From Lytechinus pictus (taxonomy: Eukaryota): DNA of 64,000 nt. The DNA is taken from assembly GCF_037042905.1 (NCBI RefSeq), contig NC_087250.1, forward strand, positions 15,006,001-15,070,000. Reading direction: 5' to 3'. This document shows, in pieces, positions 12,199 to 25,876 of the stretch; the first letter of the stretch is position 1; the number at the start of each line of letters is the position of its first letter. Position numbers and translations under genes: made by a program. Below the pieces are notes generated by a model. That model saw only the letters and a list, made by a program, of their open reading frames with translations, had not been told where the DNA came from and ran no database searches.

Positions 12199-12462
12199 GA
12201 CCGGTGTGTTATTGGCTCAGTTAGTAGAGCGTCCGTCTCACAACCGGGAGGTCGGGGGTTCAAATCCCGGTCGCGTCAGAACAAAAGACGTTAAAAGATG
12301 GGAGTTGCTGCTACCCTGTTTGGCGTTCAACGATTAAAGGGATAGTCTCATCGATCTGGCGCTGCACAGTGGCTGTCGGGCCCACGATCAATTGGGCAAA
12401 ATAAATTTTCGGAGTATATATTTCATTTCTGGTGTCTATTTCGAACAATAAAATATGGATTT
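12199..12462 (+). mobile_element. tRNA-derived SINE
   Basis: A-box TGGCTCAGTTAGTAG and B-box GGTTCAAATCC, followed by a non-tRNA body. A partial copy lies at about 18137-18186. Confidence 0.7.
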
Positions 12463-13935
12463 TAAGATCATCATTTTAAATTAAATTTGAATTTAGGCGG
12501 ATCTATGGAGCCTGGCTGGGGTGAAGCGCCTGCCCGCGGGGGGGGGGGGGAATTAGCTAGCAAGAAGGCAGAAGGTCCCATTTTTGTAAGTCTTTGGTAT
12601 GACTGTTATTCTAGTTGTATTTAACTATTTTATAGTCGTATTTTACTATAACAGAGTTATTTCTGACTAGAATATATGTCAAAAATGTGACTAGACATAT
12701 CAGTTGCACCCAGCTGACTACTGGTCTAGTCAAATTGACTGATATGTTTTAGGAGTGTACCCCCAAATATGTGATAAGTGATTCCATTATCCCAATAGAG
12801 AATGAATATAATCGTACATGGTAAAAACATCAGAACAACACAATAAAGTACCATATCAAAATACTGCATGTTTGAAGATCATCACATCATTATCATGATT
12901 ATGAGCACCGTTTTTACAACTTTTAATTTACACAGGCAATTAAAAAACACCTTCACTTCATTTGTTATCTATATGACAGTGATAAACATTTAATGTATCC
13001 TATATATACAAACATATTTATTGCACATGATTATTGTTATTCATTTAATGTTATTATTATGACTAATATTATTATAAGCATTATCGTCATGGTTATCATT
13101 GACTCCAGAGACATCTTTGAATAAAGACAATACCACACTTTATAAAATAGATAATAATAATGATATCTTATTGAGCGCACACACCGTCCAGAGACGTAAA
13201 TGGCGCTAGCGCAGCAACAGTTCCTCAGTTGGATACAAAATTTTATACACGTACATTACAAACAGCTACTTATTGTTTAGGTCCAACTAATACTTTTGCA
13301 CCAGAGTCATACAAATTGTATAGAATAATCGTTTAAAATACTATAAAATAAGCGTTTAAAAATTAGATAAAATATTAGTCGTATGGAGTTAGAATTAAAA
13401 CTCTATAAAAGCTTAACTGCACTTTTGTATTACACTTATCTGCTTATGATCTGTATTTTTAGTTCAATTATACAAAATGTTTGAGGGAAAACATCGCTAC
13501 AGTTGTTAAAACCCAGTCTCATTCATGCTTTAGTAAACACTCTGAAAAACATACAGTAAAATTTTACCCAATATTGGGTAGAAAAGAAACATATATGTTT
13601 GCTGGGTATTTCAAAGCATCACTTGTACAAAATAATTTACAAAATATGGTATCTTTTTACCCAACCAACATGTATGTTCCCATTTTACCTAATATTGGGT
13701 AAACCCTTTTTTTTATAGAGTGAAGGGTCAGTAAATGTGAATATTATATTCCGGTATCATTAAACATGTTAAACATTTGCCAATGATATAGGCAACGTGT
13801 AGTGGTCATTGGCTAATTTTTCAGCCACAAGAGAGTTCAAATTTGGCACTTACAGCCGTTAGAATTCATATATGTAACACCCAGCGACCTCTTGATCTGT
13901 AATGTTTTAATGTTTATCGAAAATTTGCCCTTTAA

Positions 13936-14653
13936 CCCTGAAAGGAAAGAGCTATTTGAGATGTATTGACGACTGGGGGGGGGGGGGGATGGTCACGATC
14001 GCGATGCCCCCGATTCTGATATCGGTCGCCGTTCACGCGATCGCGGCGAAATTTGGCACGCATATTCTTCACCACATAAACTACAAGCCAGTATTAAAAT
14101 AAATTCCGAAAATAATTATTTTGTTGATTTATATTGAATAAAATATTAAAATTTATTCGTGAAAAACTTTATTTGCATATTTAACATCAAATTTCACTTC
14201 AAATTTTTCATTTTTCCCAAGATGTCATCTTTGTCATTTATGGTTTACTCAAAGAAAACTGCGAAAGCCAAATTTTATTCCCTGTGTATTTCTTGTTTAA
14301 AAAAATGTATTTCCTTGTTTGTTTCATCTTTTGTTTTTCATTGTTCTTTTCAACGGAAATTATTACAGCCCATGTTTATAACAACTAAATTAAACCCTAG
14401 ATTAATTTTACACACTACTGAATGAAAAATAATCACCCTTTTATTACAAATTTCATCTTCCGTAGACTTTGTGCACAAAGTACAAAAAATGGCAATTTTC
14501 GGCATGACATATGTCTCGTAAAAAGGTCACATGGCGTCGCGATGCTATACCTATACGTCGCAAATGTGTTCTCAAAAGTTGCGCGAGATTTCAATGAAAA
14601 AAGTCACACGAATTTGCGGTGCAGAAATATCAAAGCGTTGAGGCATCATAGGG
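13936..14653. mobile_element. piggyBac-like non-autonomous element
   Basis: TTAA-CCCT...AGGG-TTAA termini. Confidence 0.6.
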
Positions 14654-15563
14654 TTAAGCGCCTATATACTTTACAAACCAAGTTATTGGTTTACAAAGCT
14701 TTGAGATTGTATCCTTAAATGTTCAGCCGATTCTATGGTTTGAACAGTTGAAAGCCTTTTTATACGCAGATAAATTATATTGACTATGGGCACCCGATCA
14801 AAACAGTTTTTGATGTTATCGGTAAAAAAAACATTAAAAATATAATAGGCCTATACTTCACATCATAACTGTTTAAGGGCGCACATATTACACAAAATTC
14901 AATATTTTTAAGTACTCGATCGAGGTAATTCTTCATCTGTTACCACGGTGTTTTTCCTTAGTTTAAAGCAGCTACAAACTAGTATTAATAGCCACCCCAA
15001 GTCCTTAACTATACCCAAAACTGGCCCGGTAGCTAACCCATAATGCAACATCCTGAGCAGTGTAGTCTTTTAACTTAGGCCCATTTGAATTATATTTATG
15101 ACAAACGGTGAATGAGAGACCACATAGTTTGCTCCCTCTTCAAAAGGTAAATACGTTGGAAGGATACGAGGAAGACAAACAATGTTGCCTTTTTGACGAG
15201 TAAAAATTGACCCAGTAATTCATCATAAAACTTATTGTTCCGGGAGCCTAAAATGATTAAGTTTCGCTCAGTTAAAATTAATAGAACTTTGTTACCATAG
15301 GGAAAAGATAAACTAGTAGTTATATCTTTCAAAATAAAGAAAAAAGAGTCACTAAACAAAACCAAACCCTTGACAAATCACCATCGCTCTCTGGTGACTG
15401 AGGTAAAAGATTAATCACGTGATTAAACTTTTAACCAATCGTATGGCAGCCTAGATAGCATGTGGAATACAAAATTCAAAGGCGACCTTTTCATAGTCGT
15501 TAAAAAGCAGACACGCCATCGGAACGCAACAACATTACATCAAAGTTGATCACTAATGTGACG

Positions 15564-18500
15564 TCACGAAGCTTTGTCTTGTTCCTCGTTGTCCACGTGA
15601 TTAACCACGTTATACTTGGATTCTTCCGTCTGCCTACATTGAAGAACACTGTTACAAAGAGAGAGAGAGGGAGAGAAGGAGAGAAGGAGAATTAAACATC
15701 TCTACTCGGCTAGTACTAGTGAACACTTTTTCATGACGAAGTTTTTTATTTCATTTTGAGTTTATTCTATTTGACTGACTCCGAGTAAAAATTATCAACT
15801 TTGTTTATAATCATACATGTATAGATAGATAGATAGAAAGATAGGTAGATAGATAGAGATTGATAGATGGATATAGATAGATAGAGATAGAGAGGAAGAG
15901 AGAGAGAGAGGGAGTACTGTTAAAAATAATTTAAACAACGCTGTTTACTATGTAAATCGTACAGTAATTGTTTTTAAACATTTTAAACAAGTGTTTAAAA
16001 TCTTAAACATCAAAGTTTTGAATCAAATATTGAATTATCAGTAATTTAAACATGGTTGTTTAAGATTTCAAACACTTGTTTAAACTGTTTAAACAACTAC
16101 TGTGCGATCCACATCTTAAACAGCGTTGTTTAAATTATTTTTAACAGAGAGAGAGATACTGTAAAGGTAGAGAGCATGAGATGAAACGAGATAGTGGGAG
16201 ATGCAGGGGGGGGGGGGGAGCGAGAGGGAAAAGGTGGATTCTCGGGCAAAATAGTTATTTAAAAAATGAAATTTACCCAACGCAGGTTGCAGGGATAATC
16301 TGGAACGCAGACGTGAAGAAAAACACTAAGGGAGGGTAAAATGAGACGGTTGCGGAGTAGATGTTATTTGCTATGATGGGGGTCAATAATGTTCCAATGC
16401 TGTCCATACAGCCCACAAACGCCAACATTAAACCTGTAAAAATACAAATAAATGATAATGATAACAACAATGAACAGTCCTTTAAATGTATAGCGCATAC
16501 AGGGCCTTATTATATAGGAACGATTTTTCTAGTGGGGGTGCTGATATAAATTTGAAAAAAAAAATGGATTTCACTAAAAACTGGAGATCAATTTGGTCTC
16601 GAGAAATTTGAAAAGCCAACCCACCCCCCAAAAAAAACAAGGGTTTGAATACAAAATGCAGAATACCTGGGGGTGTTGCCTATATGGAGAATAATACACG
16701 CAGCAACCCCAAGAAATTTTTTTTTGGTGCTGCCCAGGGCGATGAGCGCATATCACATCATAATTACAACGTCTCTAATCAGTGGCGTTATGAGCCAAAA
16801 ACTTTGAGGGGGCTCAATATTGCATATCGCGTAAAATTAATAAAAAGTTGCAAGAGAGCGAAGCGGGTGAGCAAAAATTTCAACATTTTCATTAAAGACC
16901 AAGTTTGTAGTAAATTTTGACATAATATCAATTTTTCACCCTTAGCCATTTCCTTTTATTTCCTGTTCTCTTCATTCTTTTTGGTGGTGATTTTTTTTTT
17001 GGGGGGGAAGGCTCTTGCCCCCAAGCCCCCCATCTGTACGCCAGTGTCTCAAATCCACTGGACCACAACGCTCTAAATGAAACGATAATAAAACTTCGAA
17101 TCAAATTTGAACTAAGTTACTTATCAACGGGGTTGGGTCCTATTGCTCGTAACAATAATAACAAAGATATTACTATCAACCAATCAAATTCGATTATTTC
17201 AGCAAAGCTTTAATCTTTGCATGTCACTGAGATGTCACTATTTTGTGAAAAATAAACGAAACTTTAAAACGTCATAACTTTCTTATTCCACATCCGATTT
17301 TGATGGAATTTTCAGCATTATGCTACTTTGATTTTTCTCTATTTATTCAAATCAAGATATTTTCTGGATGAACTTGACCTTTAATCTAAGTTCCACTCAT
17401 ACCTGGCCAGTGTCCTGACCCATAATGCTAGTGTAGTCTAGTAATATAGACCCACTTGAATGATAACATGCTAATTAACTACTCAATGCATCTATACCGC
17501 AATAATTATGTGACCAAGTAGCAAAACAATTACTTTTCCTCACAATACATTTTAGTTTCTCTATGTACAAATACAATTATAGGTCAATTTATTCTCTGTA
17601 GTATTAGTAGATATCTGAAATCGTATAATTTAAGACTATGTATTTATAAATCACAGTCAATGAGAGACCACACACAGTTCACTCCCCCTTTAAAGGCCTA
17701 CCTTTTTCATCCTCTCTCGCAAGCTTGGAAAGTTGAGATCGTATCACCGGGAAACATATTGCATTAAAGAGACCAACACCAGAACCTATGATGGAATAAG
17801 GTTCAAGGTTTATTCATTATCAACATTTCACATTTTCAAAGATCAATAACTCAAACAAACAATAATAATATAAATGATACAAATTGTCATAAATAAACAT
17901 AAAAATATCGTTGTAAATATGAAATGCATGTAACAATGGAATAAAAAAAGGTACTAGAAAGTATTCTTGTAATTGGTTTTAATAATAATGACAAAGAAAG
18001 AAAATTAGAAGTGTTGATATGAGGGAGCCAAAAGTAGAAGAATAGAAAGAAACACAGTTTACATTAGGGTTTCAGATCGTTATATCAACAACAATAAGAT
18101 TAGAAAACAATAGGATAGCAATTATTATTTGTGGTCTGGCTCAGTTGGTAGAGCGTCCGTCTCACAACTGGGAGGTCAGGAATTCAAGGGAATTCATGGG
18201 ATAAGTTTTAGTTTAGCAATTATGTTATGTTATATGAAATTCATAAATTTCAATGTTTAATGGTTTCAATATGACTAGAAATTCTTCCAAGAGCCGGTGT
18301 GAAGTTATTTATCTGCCGATAGACTGAAGGTACCAAAATATATATATATATTTTTTTTTTGAGAAAATTATATTTTCATCTATTTTTTTTTACTACAAGA
18401 TATATGGGAAGCTGCTCGCATATGACTCACAAATTGTTATGTTTTAATAGCATATATATTGTTTTCTCTTCACGTTATCCTTATTTTCTATTCATATTTG

Positions 18501-21500
18501 CTAATGGGTTGGTGGGGGTCGAATATTGTAATTTTTTTCAAAGTGATAAAAAAGAAAAACGGTAAGGGAAGGACCTGAACATGAAAAATGAGTTGGCCCT
18601 ATCAACTGTTTCCATCCATTATTCTTGTGCATATACAGCTCATATATACATACATGATTATACACTAAGAAATTGGGTTCAAATATGAACCCTATATGGT
18701 TGGTACAAGAGTAGCACTTCAGGGATGCCTGAGTGTAATTATGCCTATTTGTGTACCTTTAATGGTGCACAAAGCACCCATTAAGCACCCTATGTAGGTT
18801 AAAGTATTATCGACCTTAATGGTCAATCATTTTGTTTTATGCAAATACAAATGAAAAGGTGATTGTTTTGGATTTTATCCACTTAGAGCACATTGCAGCC
18901 CAGAAGGTACAAGTGTTTCATTAAGGGTGCAAAAACTTCTTAGTGTGTATCCTCAAACAACATGTCCGTACGATATGGAATTATTATTATACACTGTAAA
19001 AACTGTGGTGTTAAAACTGACACCAGTTGGTGTATATACATGACCACACCCTGAGGTGTTAAAATTACACCCTAGAGATTGAACATCACACCAAAGAGAG
19101 TAAATGCAGGCAATCAAATGCGTTGCAATAACACCTATCAGTGTTAAACTGACACTGTCAATTTAACACCGGAGTACAATAACTGGTGTGGTCCTCTATG
19201 TACATGGTTAACACCACAGTTTTTGCTCTGTACAACTTACCAATGAATAGTTGATAACCTCTCTGGGCAAGAGCAATGATGAGAAACAGGACGGTGGTAT
19301 TTATAAAACTAAGCTGAAGAATCGAGTTTTCACTCAGAATACGACTTAAAAGGGCAGCGCAAAATATCATACCTGCATGTGAAAAGGGAGAAAATAGGAT
19401 ATTTCTTAAAACATTTATTATATAATAATTGCAATTTAAAAGCATATGAAACATAATTATTAAGGTATAAAACTGTGAGCAAATGAACAAATAAAATAGC
19501 CTTTGGTATATTAAGTTGTACTGCATCATTCTGATGAGAAAATAATGTGTTATCTTATCTTTAAAATCATAAGAAATAGCTACAAACGTCGAAAGCGGCA
19601 AATGAAATTATCTCTGTTTTCACAGAAATATAAATACCTATTAAAATGTATTCAGATTTGATAGGAAGCTTGGGCCTACTAATTTCTAGTCACTATGACT
19701 CTGAAACTAGTCAGAGCGCAAACCATTTGGACTACTAGTAACTAGTCAAACTTTCTTGTAAATGAAAAAGTAAAAAAGGGGCTTAAGCTTTCGATCCTAG
19801 CAGAATCTTCGTCGGAGGCAAAATGAATCTTGTAAATGAATAGAATGTTAGAACAAAATAACTAGAATCTGGTCAAAACCACTAGAATCCAGTCGAAAAA
19901 AAAACGTGACACGAATATCGAGTCAAAATCTGACAAGGTGTTTTTTTCTTCAGAGTATGCGTACCTATACTTTGGATAGCTATTCCTACGATGTTCATGA
20001 CTGATACCATCAAAGGACTGAGGCAGAACGGCACACCAAGAGCATAGACCACTACTAATTGTGTCTGAACTCTGGCAGTGATTATAATGCAGATCATTAC
20101 AATCGTGTACATTATTACTTTCAGCCGACGATCATTGGTGTTGATCTGATGGAAAGGGCATAAAGGAAGAAAAAACATTCATTTACAAAACTTCTGATAA
20201 TAGTTAAATTGATCATTCTGATCAGGATATAATGTGTCATCTTATCTTTAAACTCATTTGAAATAGTTAATCACACGCCCATCACTTTCTGAGATACAAA
20301 TTAAACTATACGTTGTTTAGAACTACAGTGCGTCCCACAAAAAAACTAAACCGAGATTTATCGATGATTTATCATAACTTAATCACAAATACAATAGACA
20401 TATGACCTATCATTGTAAAGCTTAGAATCTCCTCTTTCATTTAAAATTACTTAGATTATTTCTCATTCACGCATGAGTGAGCAAAAACAATTTGAAGAGG
20501 GGATATCAAAAAGTCATTTGGCGGGCTGTATCTGGGTTTCAAAAAGAAAACCACATTTTTAGAATGTTTAATATCTGCTCTTTAATTTGATACCTCAATT
20601 ACAGAAAATGGTCAAGAAATAACAAAGTTCTGGTTATTTGAAATAAGGCTTGAATTTCATAAAATGAAGAGGATTTTCGGGTTAGCGTTCAAACACACTC
20701 CAACTCTGTTTTGTTGACGATCAGCCATGCATTAAGTCTTTTGTAAACCATGCGAGAGCTTCTGTGTGAAACTGGTGAAAACAGGTTTATTTAATGAAAT
20801 TATGGAAATACAAGCATTATTTCAAAGGACTATAACTTTTTTACTCCTTGACCATTTTTTTGTGATTAAGGTATCAAAAGAAAGAGGAGATATTGAACTT
20901 TTTAGGCATGTGATTTTCTTTTTGAATTTCAGATACCCCCCGTCAAATGAGTTTTTGGTATCCTTTCTTCAAATTGTTTTTGCTCACTCATGCGTGAATG
21001 AGGAATAATCTAAGTAATATCAGATGAAAGAGGAGATTCTAAGCTTTACATTGGTAGGTCATTCGTCTATTGTATTTGTGAGTAAGTTATGATAAATAAT
21101 CGCTAAATCTCGGTTTCGTTTTTTCTGGGACGCACTGTACAGATAGAGAAAATAATAATGAAAGTAACCCGGGATGTTTGCCCGGATACACTATGTATTG
21201 CATTATATTCTATAATGGGATTGAATAAAATGAAGTTCTATATCCCCTTTTTTCAGACAAACCAAACCTCAGTTCGTCTAAATTCACCAGTATCTTGATT
21301 TCTTGCAATTCCAAAAACTCCCATAATCTTGGAGGCAATTTTATTTGCTCAAGCAGTGTTCTACTTTGTGAACTACTCTAAATCCTTAATATTCTGAAAA
21401 CTTCCGAAGGTTGTTTGACCTATAACACCAATCAGACAAAAAAAGTATTTTCTTTTCTTTTCGGGTGCTCCATGGTAACTTTTGGAGGAAAAAAAATCGG

Positions 21501-24500
21501 AGACCACCTTTTTTGCCTCTGGGCGCACTTTTTAAGGGGATCTTGGTTATAATTTTGAGGGCTAATTTTCTACCTACCAAAGTCGATTCTATGAGAAGGA
21601 GACCTAAATTTATTTCTCTTCATGAGTACCACAGGGAGGTGTTTTGGGCCCTGTTTTGTTTTACATCGCAAGGGCCTCAAAAAGTTTCATTGCATATCGT
21701 TGGGTACAGTGAACCTCCACCACCGGTTATTTACAATTCCCTGGAAATCGTGGGTGTTGAATTTAAGGATATCATCTATTTGCAGATCATAAGCATGGTT
21801 CTTGTGGAGAGGTCACTTTCGAGTGTTTTCCGTTTTTCTTTTAATATTTAAAAAAAAAAAGCGAAAAACACAGACATTGCACACAGTAAAAACGCTGTTT
21901 AAAATTTATACAACGCTGCGTATTATATGAACCTTACAGTAGTTGTTTAAAAGTTTAAGCAACCATGCTTAACTTATTGAGAATCAAATATTAGAAATCA
22001 ATCTTTATTGTTTAAGACTTCAAACACTTCTATACTGTCACATAATAGCTCAGTCGGTAGAGTGAGGGTTTCGTATTCCGGTGACCCGGGTTCGATTCCC
22101 AAATGGTGCGCCAGTGCATGCCCTTTGGTAAGGCATTTAGAACCTCATTCCCATGCAGGTCCCTCGGAGAGGACATTATGCCGTCGGTCCTCTGGCTGCT
22201 TGCTTACAAACATTCATGCTTCCTGAGCAATCAGGTAAAACAAAAGTCACTACAAAAAGAATCACATTATAAACAGCGCTGTACTTCAAAAACTCCGGTG
22301 TTGATTTAGCACCAGTCCGGAATCTATTATGTCCACACCTGGGGCCCGTTGCAGAAAGAGTTGCAATCAATCGCAACTCTAAAAATCATGCGCCACTTGA
22401 TTTTCAACCAATCAACAACGCGCATTTGGGACTTGCGATTGATCTTTTGGCTTGCGTTTAAACGCAACTCTTTCTGCAACGGGCCCCAGAGAAGTGTTAA
22501 ACAACACCAGTTTCGTTTTGGTCTAACACCAGATAGGTGTTTATATACAACACCAATTAGTATTAAAACAGCATCGGTTTGATTCCAAACTGGTGTTGAT
22601 TCAATACTTCTCTGGTGCGTGTCGACATAATTTATAGATACCGGGCTGGTGTTAAATCAACACCGGAGTTTTTGCAGTGTGTATACAAATTTTAAGCAGC
22701 GTCTTTACTGTGTAAGGCAATATAAGACGTACCCTCAGTATATCAACAACACCGGAAATGAACTCCTTCACACCAACATCGTTCCTTGCTTTCTTCCTAT
22801 CTACTGTCTCGATCAGTATCTTGGGTAGAGCGACATAGGCCAGAGACATCACCGAACATCCGAGAGCGAGGCAGACTGGCGCTATGTACTTATGAAAAGA
22901 CTGATCCGGACTGTATTGCAAAGCGACCCCGAGGGATATCTGACCGACACCCATACCTGTGCGACGAATAATTAAAAAAACAAATGACGACAACACGGTG
23001 GGGATGATAATGTTATAAAATATTGTTGATGGAGATAATAGTATTACTAAAATAACGCGAACATTAATGAGAATAATAGCAACGATATAATAATTATGAC
23101 GATGATGATGATGATAATAATAGAACAATAATAATCAAAGCAATAAAAGGCCTAATGACAGGAATAATAATAATAATAATGAGAATAATAATCATAATAC
23201 TTTTAATAATGACGATGATGATAATAATAAAGATAAGAGTAATATAGTAAAACAAAAAGAGATAATCATGATGATAATAACTCTAATCGTAATGACAATA
23301 ATGATACTTACAATAATAATTACATTAGCCTTTATAAATAACGACAAATACATGTAATGATAACGATAATAAGAATTTATGAAAGTAAATAAGTTCGATT
23401 AATTCTACTTTTGAAATTACGGCGAATTTTTGTTTTTTGTTGCAATTAAATGATTCTTTAAAAGTTTTCAGGTTCTGTAACGTCAAAACATGTTATTTAA
23501 TTCTTGCTAATCATCTTGAAGAAGAATTTGAAAAAAAAATTATGAGCTCAAAATTTGACACTATGATGTGAAATTGCCCTACCAACAAAAAATATCGTTT
23601 CCAATGTGACGACTCGAGTAGTTCTGGATTTTACTGACGTCACATCCGCTATATAAGCCACACCCGTCGACAGAAGAAGGGCCTGTCCCCCGGTAGCGCC
23701 CGAAATAAAATCTCCTATGAGCAAATACTCCATCGGAGCTTGAAAGTAGACGATACCCAAGTAAACCACGGATAACAAGCAGTAACCGGTGATGTTCAGA
23801 CAGAAAGCCGGTTTGCGACCGAACCGATCGCTCAGAGATCCGACGAAAATAGCCATGAAGACACCTATAGGATGAATAGGAAAGAAGCCGTATACTCCTT
23901 TATTCACTTTATTGATATACCAACATTTCATTCTTAATGTAAAAATGTACTTTGTTGCATTAAAAACTATCAAAATGTCAAATTCATTACTTTAAGAATC
24001 ATTTGTGTAGTGAACAAAAGGAAATTATTTTCATTAAGAAATTGGATCAAGAAAACGTCTCGAATTAGCCTACATAGGTCTGCATTCGTTTTGCGTGTGA
24101 CAGCCCTTTAAAGGGAGGGGGGCGAACTGAATATAAACCTTTTGAGATTAAAAACGGAGAATATATTAGTTTGTAAGATTGTTTGTGTAGAGGAACTTAA
24201 GGACAACTCCACCCCAACAAAAATTTGGCTTGAATAAAAGGAGAAAAATCCACAACTCTGAGAATTTCATCAAAATCGGATGCAAAATAAGATTGTTGTG
24301 ACATTTTAAGGATTTGCTTAATTTCACAATGCGCATCCTGGTCAGTATGCAAATGAGGGGACTGATGACATCAATCACTCACTATTTCTTTTGTATTTCA
24401 TTATATAAAGTATGAAATATTTCAATTTCGAAGAAATGATTTATTCCTTCCTGATCATATACCATGCATGGTATTAAAATAATGTGGTTAAGTCAAGTCG

Positions 24501-25876
24501 GTCATTATTGCCAAATCTGTAAAAAAAAAAAAAAAAAAATTTGTAATTAAAAAAAAAAAAAACCAAAAGAAATATTGAGTGGAGGACATCATCGACTCTC
24601 TCATTTGCATATCACAGAGTTGTGCATAGAACTGTTTTGTGAGAAATAAGCGAAACTTTAAAAAAGACCTAACTTTCTTATTTTATATCCGATTTGGATG
24701 AAATTGTCAGTGTTATTCTTGTTTGCTTTTTCTCTGTTTATTCAAATAAACATTTTTCTCGGATGGACGTGACCTTTAAGTGATTAAAGGGGAGGGGGAA
24801 GCACTTGTTTTGCCATCTGGTGTTATTGCGCTATGAATGTATTGAGTAATAGTCTGTTATTACTCAAGTGGCCTGTATTCCAAGACTAAACTGTTCAGAA
24901 AAGTTGCATTATGGGTTAGGAACCTGGCCATATTTGAGCAGTTGAGGACTTGAGCTGGTGCTATACAATATTAATGGTTCGTATTAGCTTTACGTTTCCA
25001 GTACGTCGCTTAGGAAAATGACAATACTTACCCGGTACGGCATATGCAAGGCCCAGATAGAGGAGCCATGTTGCTGTTTCTGCTTGAATGGCGTCATCAA
25101 TGTGACTTTGGTTTGAGGTTGAGTTCGTTCCACATGTTGATGAGGCAGAGTTGTTTTTTACTAGCGAGTGGTTGTATTTCACTGAGATTCTATCGTGGAG
25201 ATATTCAGCCTAGGATTGAAATTCAAGATGGAATATTAATAATAATATTTCATATGGTTAAAAAAACTTCAATAATTGTCACATCACAGTGCAATACATT
25301 AATCTACAATAATCACCCAATTATTTGGAAAAAGCGATTGAGAACTTAGGCCTAAGAGAAAATATACGGATGCAGTTTTAGAAATTCATATATATACACG
25401 TATACATACATCAATTAAACGAAGTTCTCTAAAATCACCCCATTAATAATCAAAATCGCAACAAGAAAATTAACCCCCCCCCCTCTGAGATCGGAATTTT
25501 GTACAGCATGCAGCTTGTACAATATTTATATATATATATATAAGTAAAAGTAAAACAAAAGTAAAACAGCTTACGAAAGCGGATCGTCTCGTGTGTGTGA
25601 CAAGAAATCTCAAGAAAGTGCCATGATGTGATTAAATCTTAAAAAGCCAGATATTCATACCTTCATCGTTGATATCAACTGATATGTCAGGCATGTGAGG
25701 GCAACGGGGATTTCAACTGTGACGTAACGTGATGCCGCCCTCTTGAGTTGAAATTCAAATTTGTCATCTTGAGTTTGGATTGGTCTGTGTAAAGGATCGG
25801 TATATTTGATGTCTGCCTCGTCAGGGGCCTTGCCTGAGGATCCACTGCATTGCTTTCTAGAATCGTCTGCTTTCAT
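15564..25876 (-). CDS. SLC46A1-like: SLC46-family (proton-coupled folate transporter-like) MFS transporter, paralog A, 9 coding exons, 512 aa
   Basis: Exons on the minus strand: 25876-25661, 25209-25032, 23864-23583, 22956-22733, 20145-19965, 19372-19241, 17785-17702, 16433-16277, 15648-15564. All introns are GT-AG with consistent phases, giving 1539 nt open. Motifs: MFS motif A GSLSDRFGRK, AYIADVTSVKSRTTR, PVIRSQLSKL, NNIYSATVSFYP. Confidence 0.9.
15916..16148. mobile_element. Hairpin MITE; related copies at about 21882-22713, 46656-46880 and 47320-47538
   Basis: CTGTTAAAAATAATTTAAACAACGCTGTTT...AAACAGCGTTGTTTAAATTATTTTTAACAG. Confidence 0.75.
19767..19827 (-). ncRNA. 61-bp insertion consisting of a variant hammerhead motif, flanked by a 13-bp direct repeat
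   Basis: The minus strand reads GCCT-CCGACGA-A-GATTCT(GCT)AGGATC-GAAA-GC-TT-AAGC. TCTTGTAAATGAA occurs at 19754-19766 and 19828-19840. Confidence 0.55.
20326..21137. mobile_element. Tc1/mariner-type non-autonomous element with long TIRs
   Basis: TA-CAGTGCGTCCCA...TGGGACGCACTG-TA, with inverted similarity extending more than 250 bp. Confidence 0.85.
21882..22713. mobile_element. Nested cluster: a MITE containing a tRNA-SINE (about 22037-22250) and a second MITE (about 22282-22680), which itself contains a third MITE (22339-22489)
   Basis: Paired termini CACAGTAAAAACGCTG/CAGCGTCTTTACTGTG, AAAAACTCCGGTGTTGATTTA/TAAATCAACACCGGAGTTTTT and CTGGGGCCCGTTGCAGAAAG/CTTTCTGCAACGGGCCCCAG. SINE boxes AGCTCAGTCGGTAG and GGTTCGATTCC. 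Confidence 0.75.
23000..23375. repeat. Degenerate (AAT/GAT)n low-complexity tract; similar tract at about 385-665
   Basis: Direct reading of the sequence. Confidence 0.8.
24197..24779. mobile_element. Kolobok-like MITE (TTAA-flanked); related pieces at about 1803-2200, 17220-17384 and 25914-26300
   Basis: TTAAGGACAACTCCACCCC...GGATGGACGTGACCTTTAA, with subterminal inverted similarity. Confidence 0.6.

Noticed and set aside
12210..12275. tRNA gene (also at about 22040, 28650 and 43915)
   Set aside because: A and B boxes are present, but there is no complete cloverleaf or acceptor stem, and each continues into a repeated SINE body.
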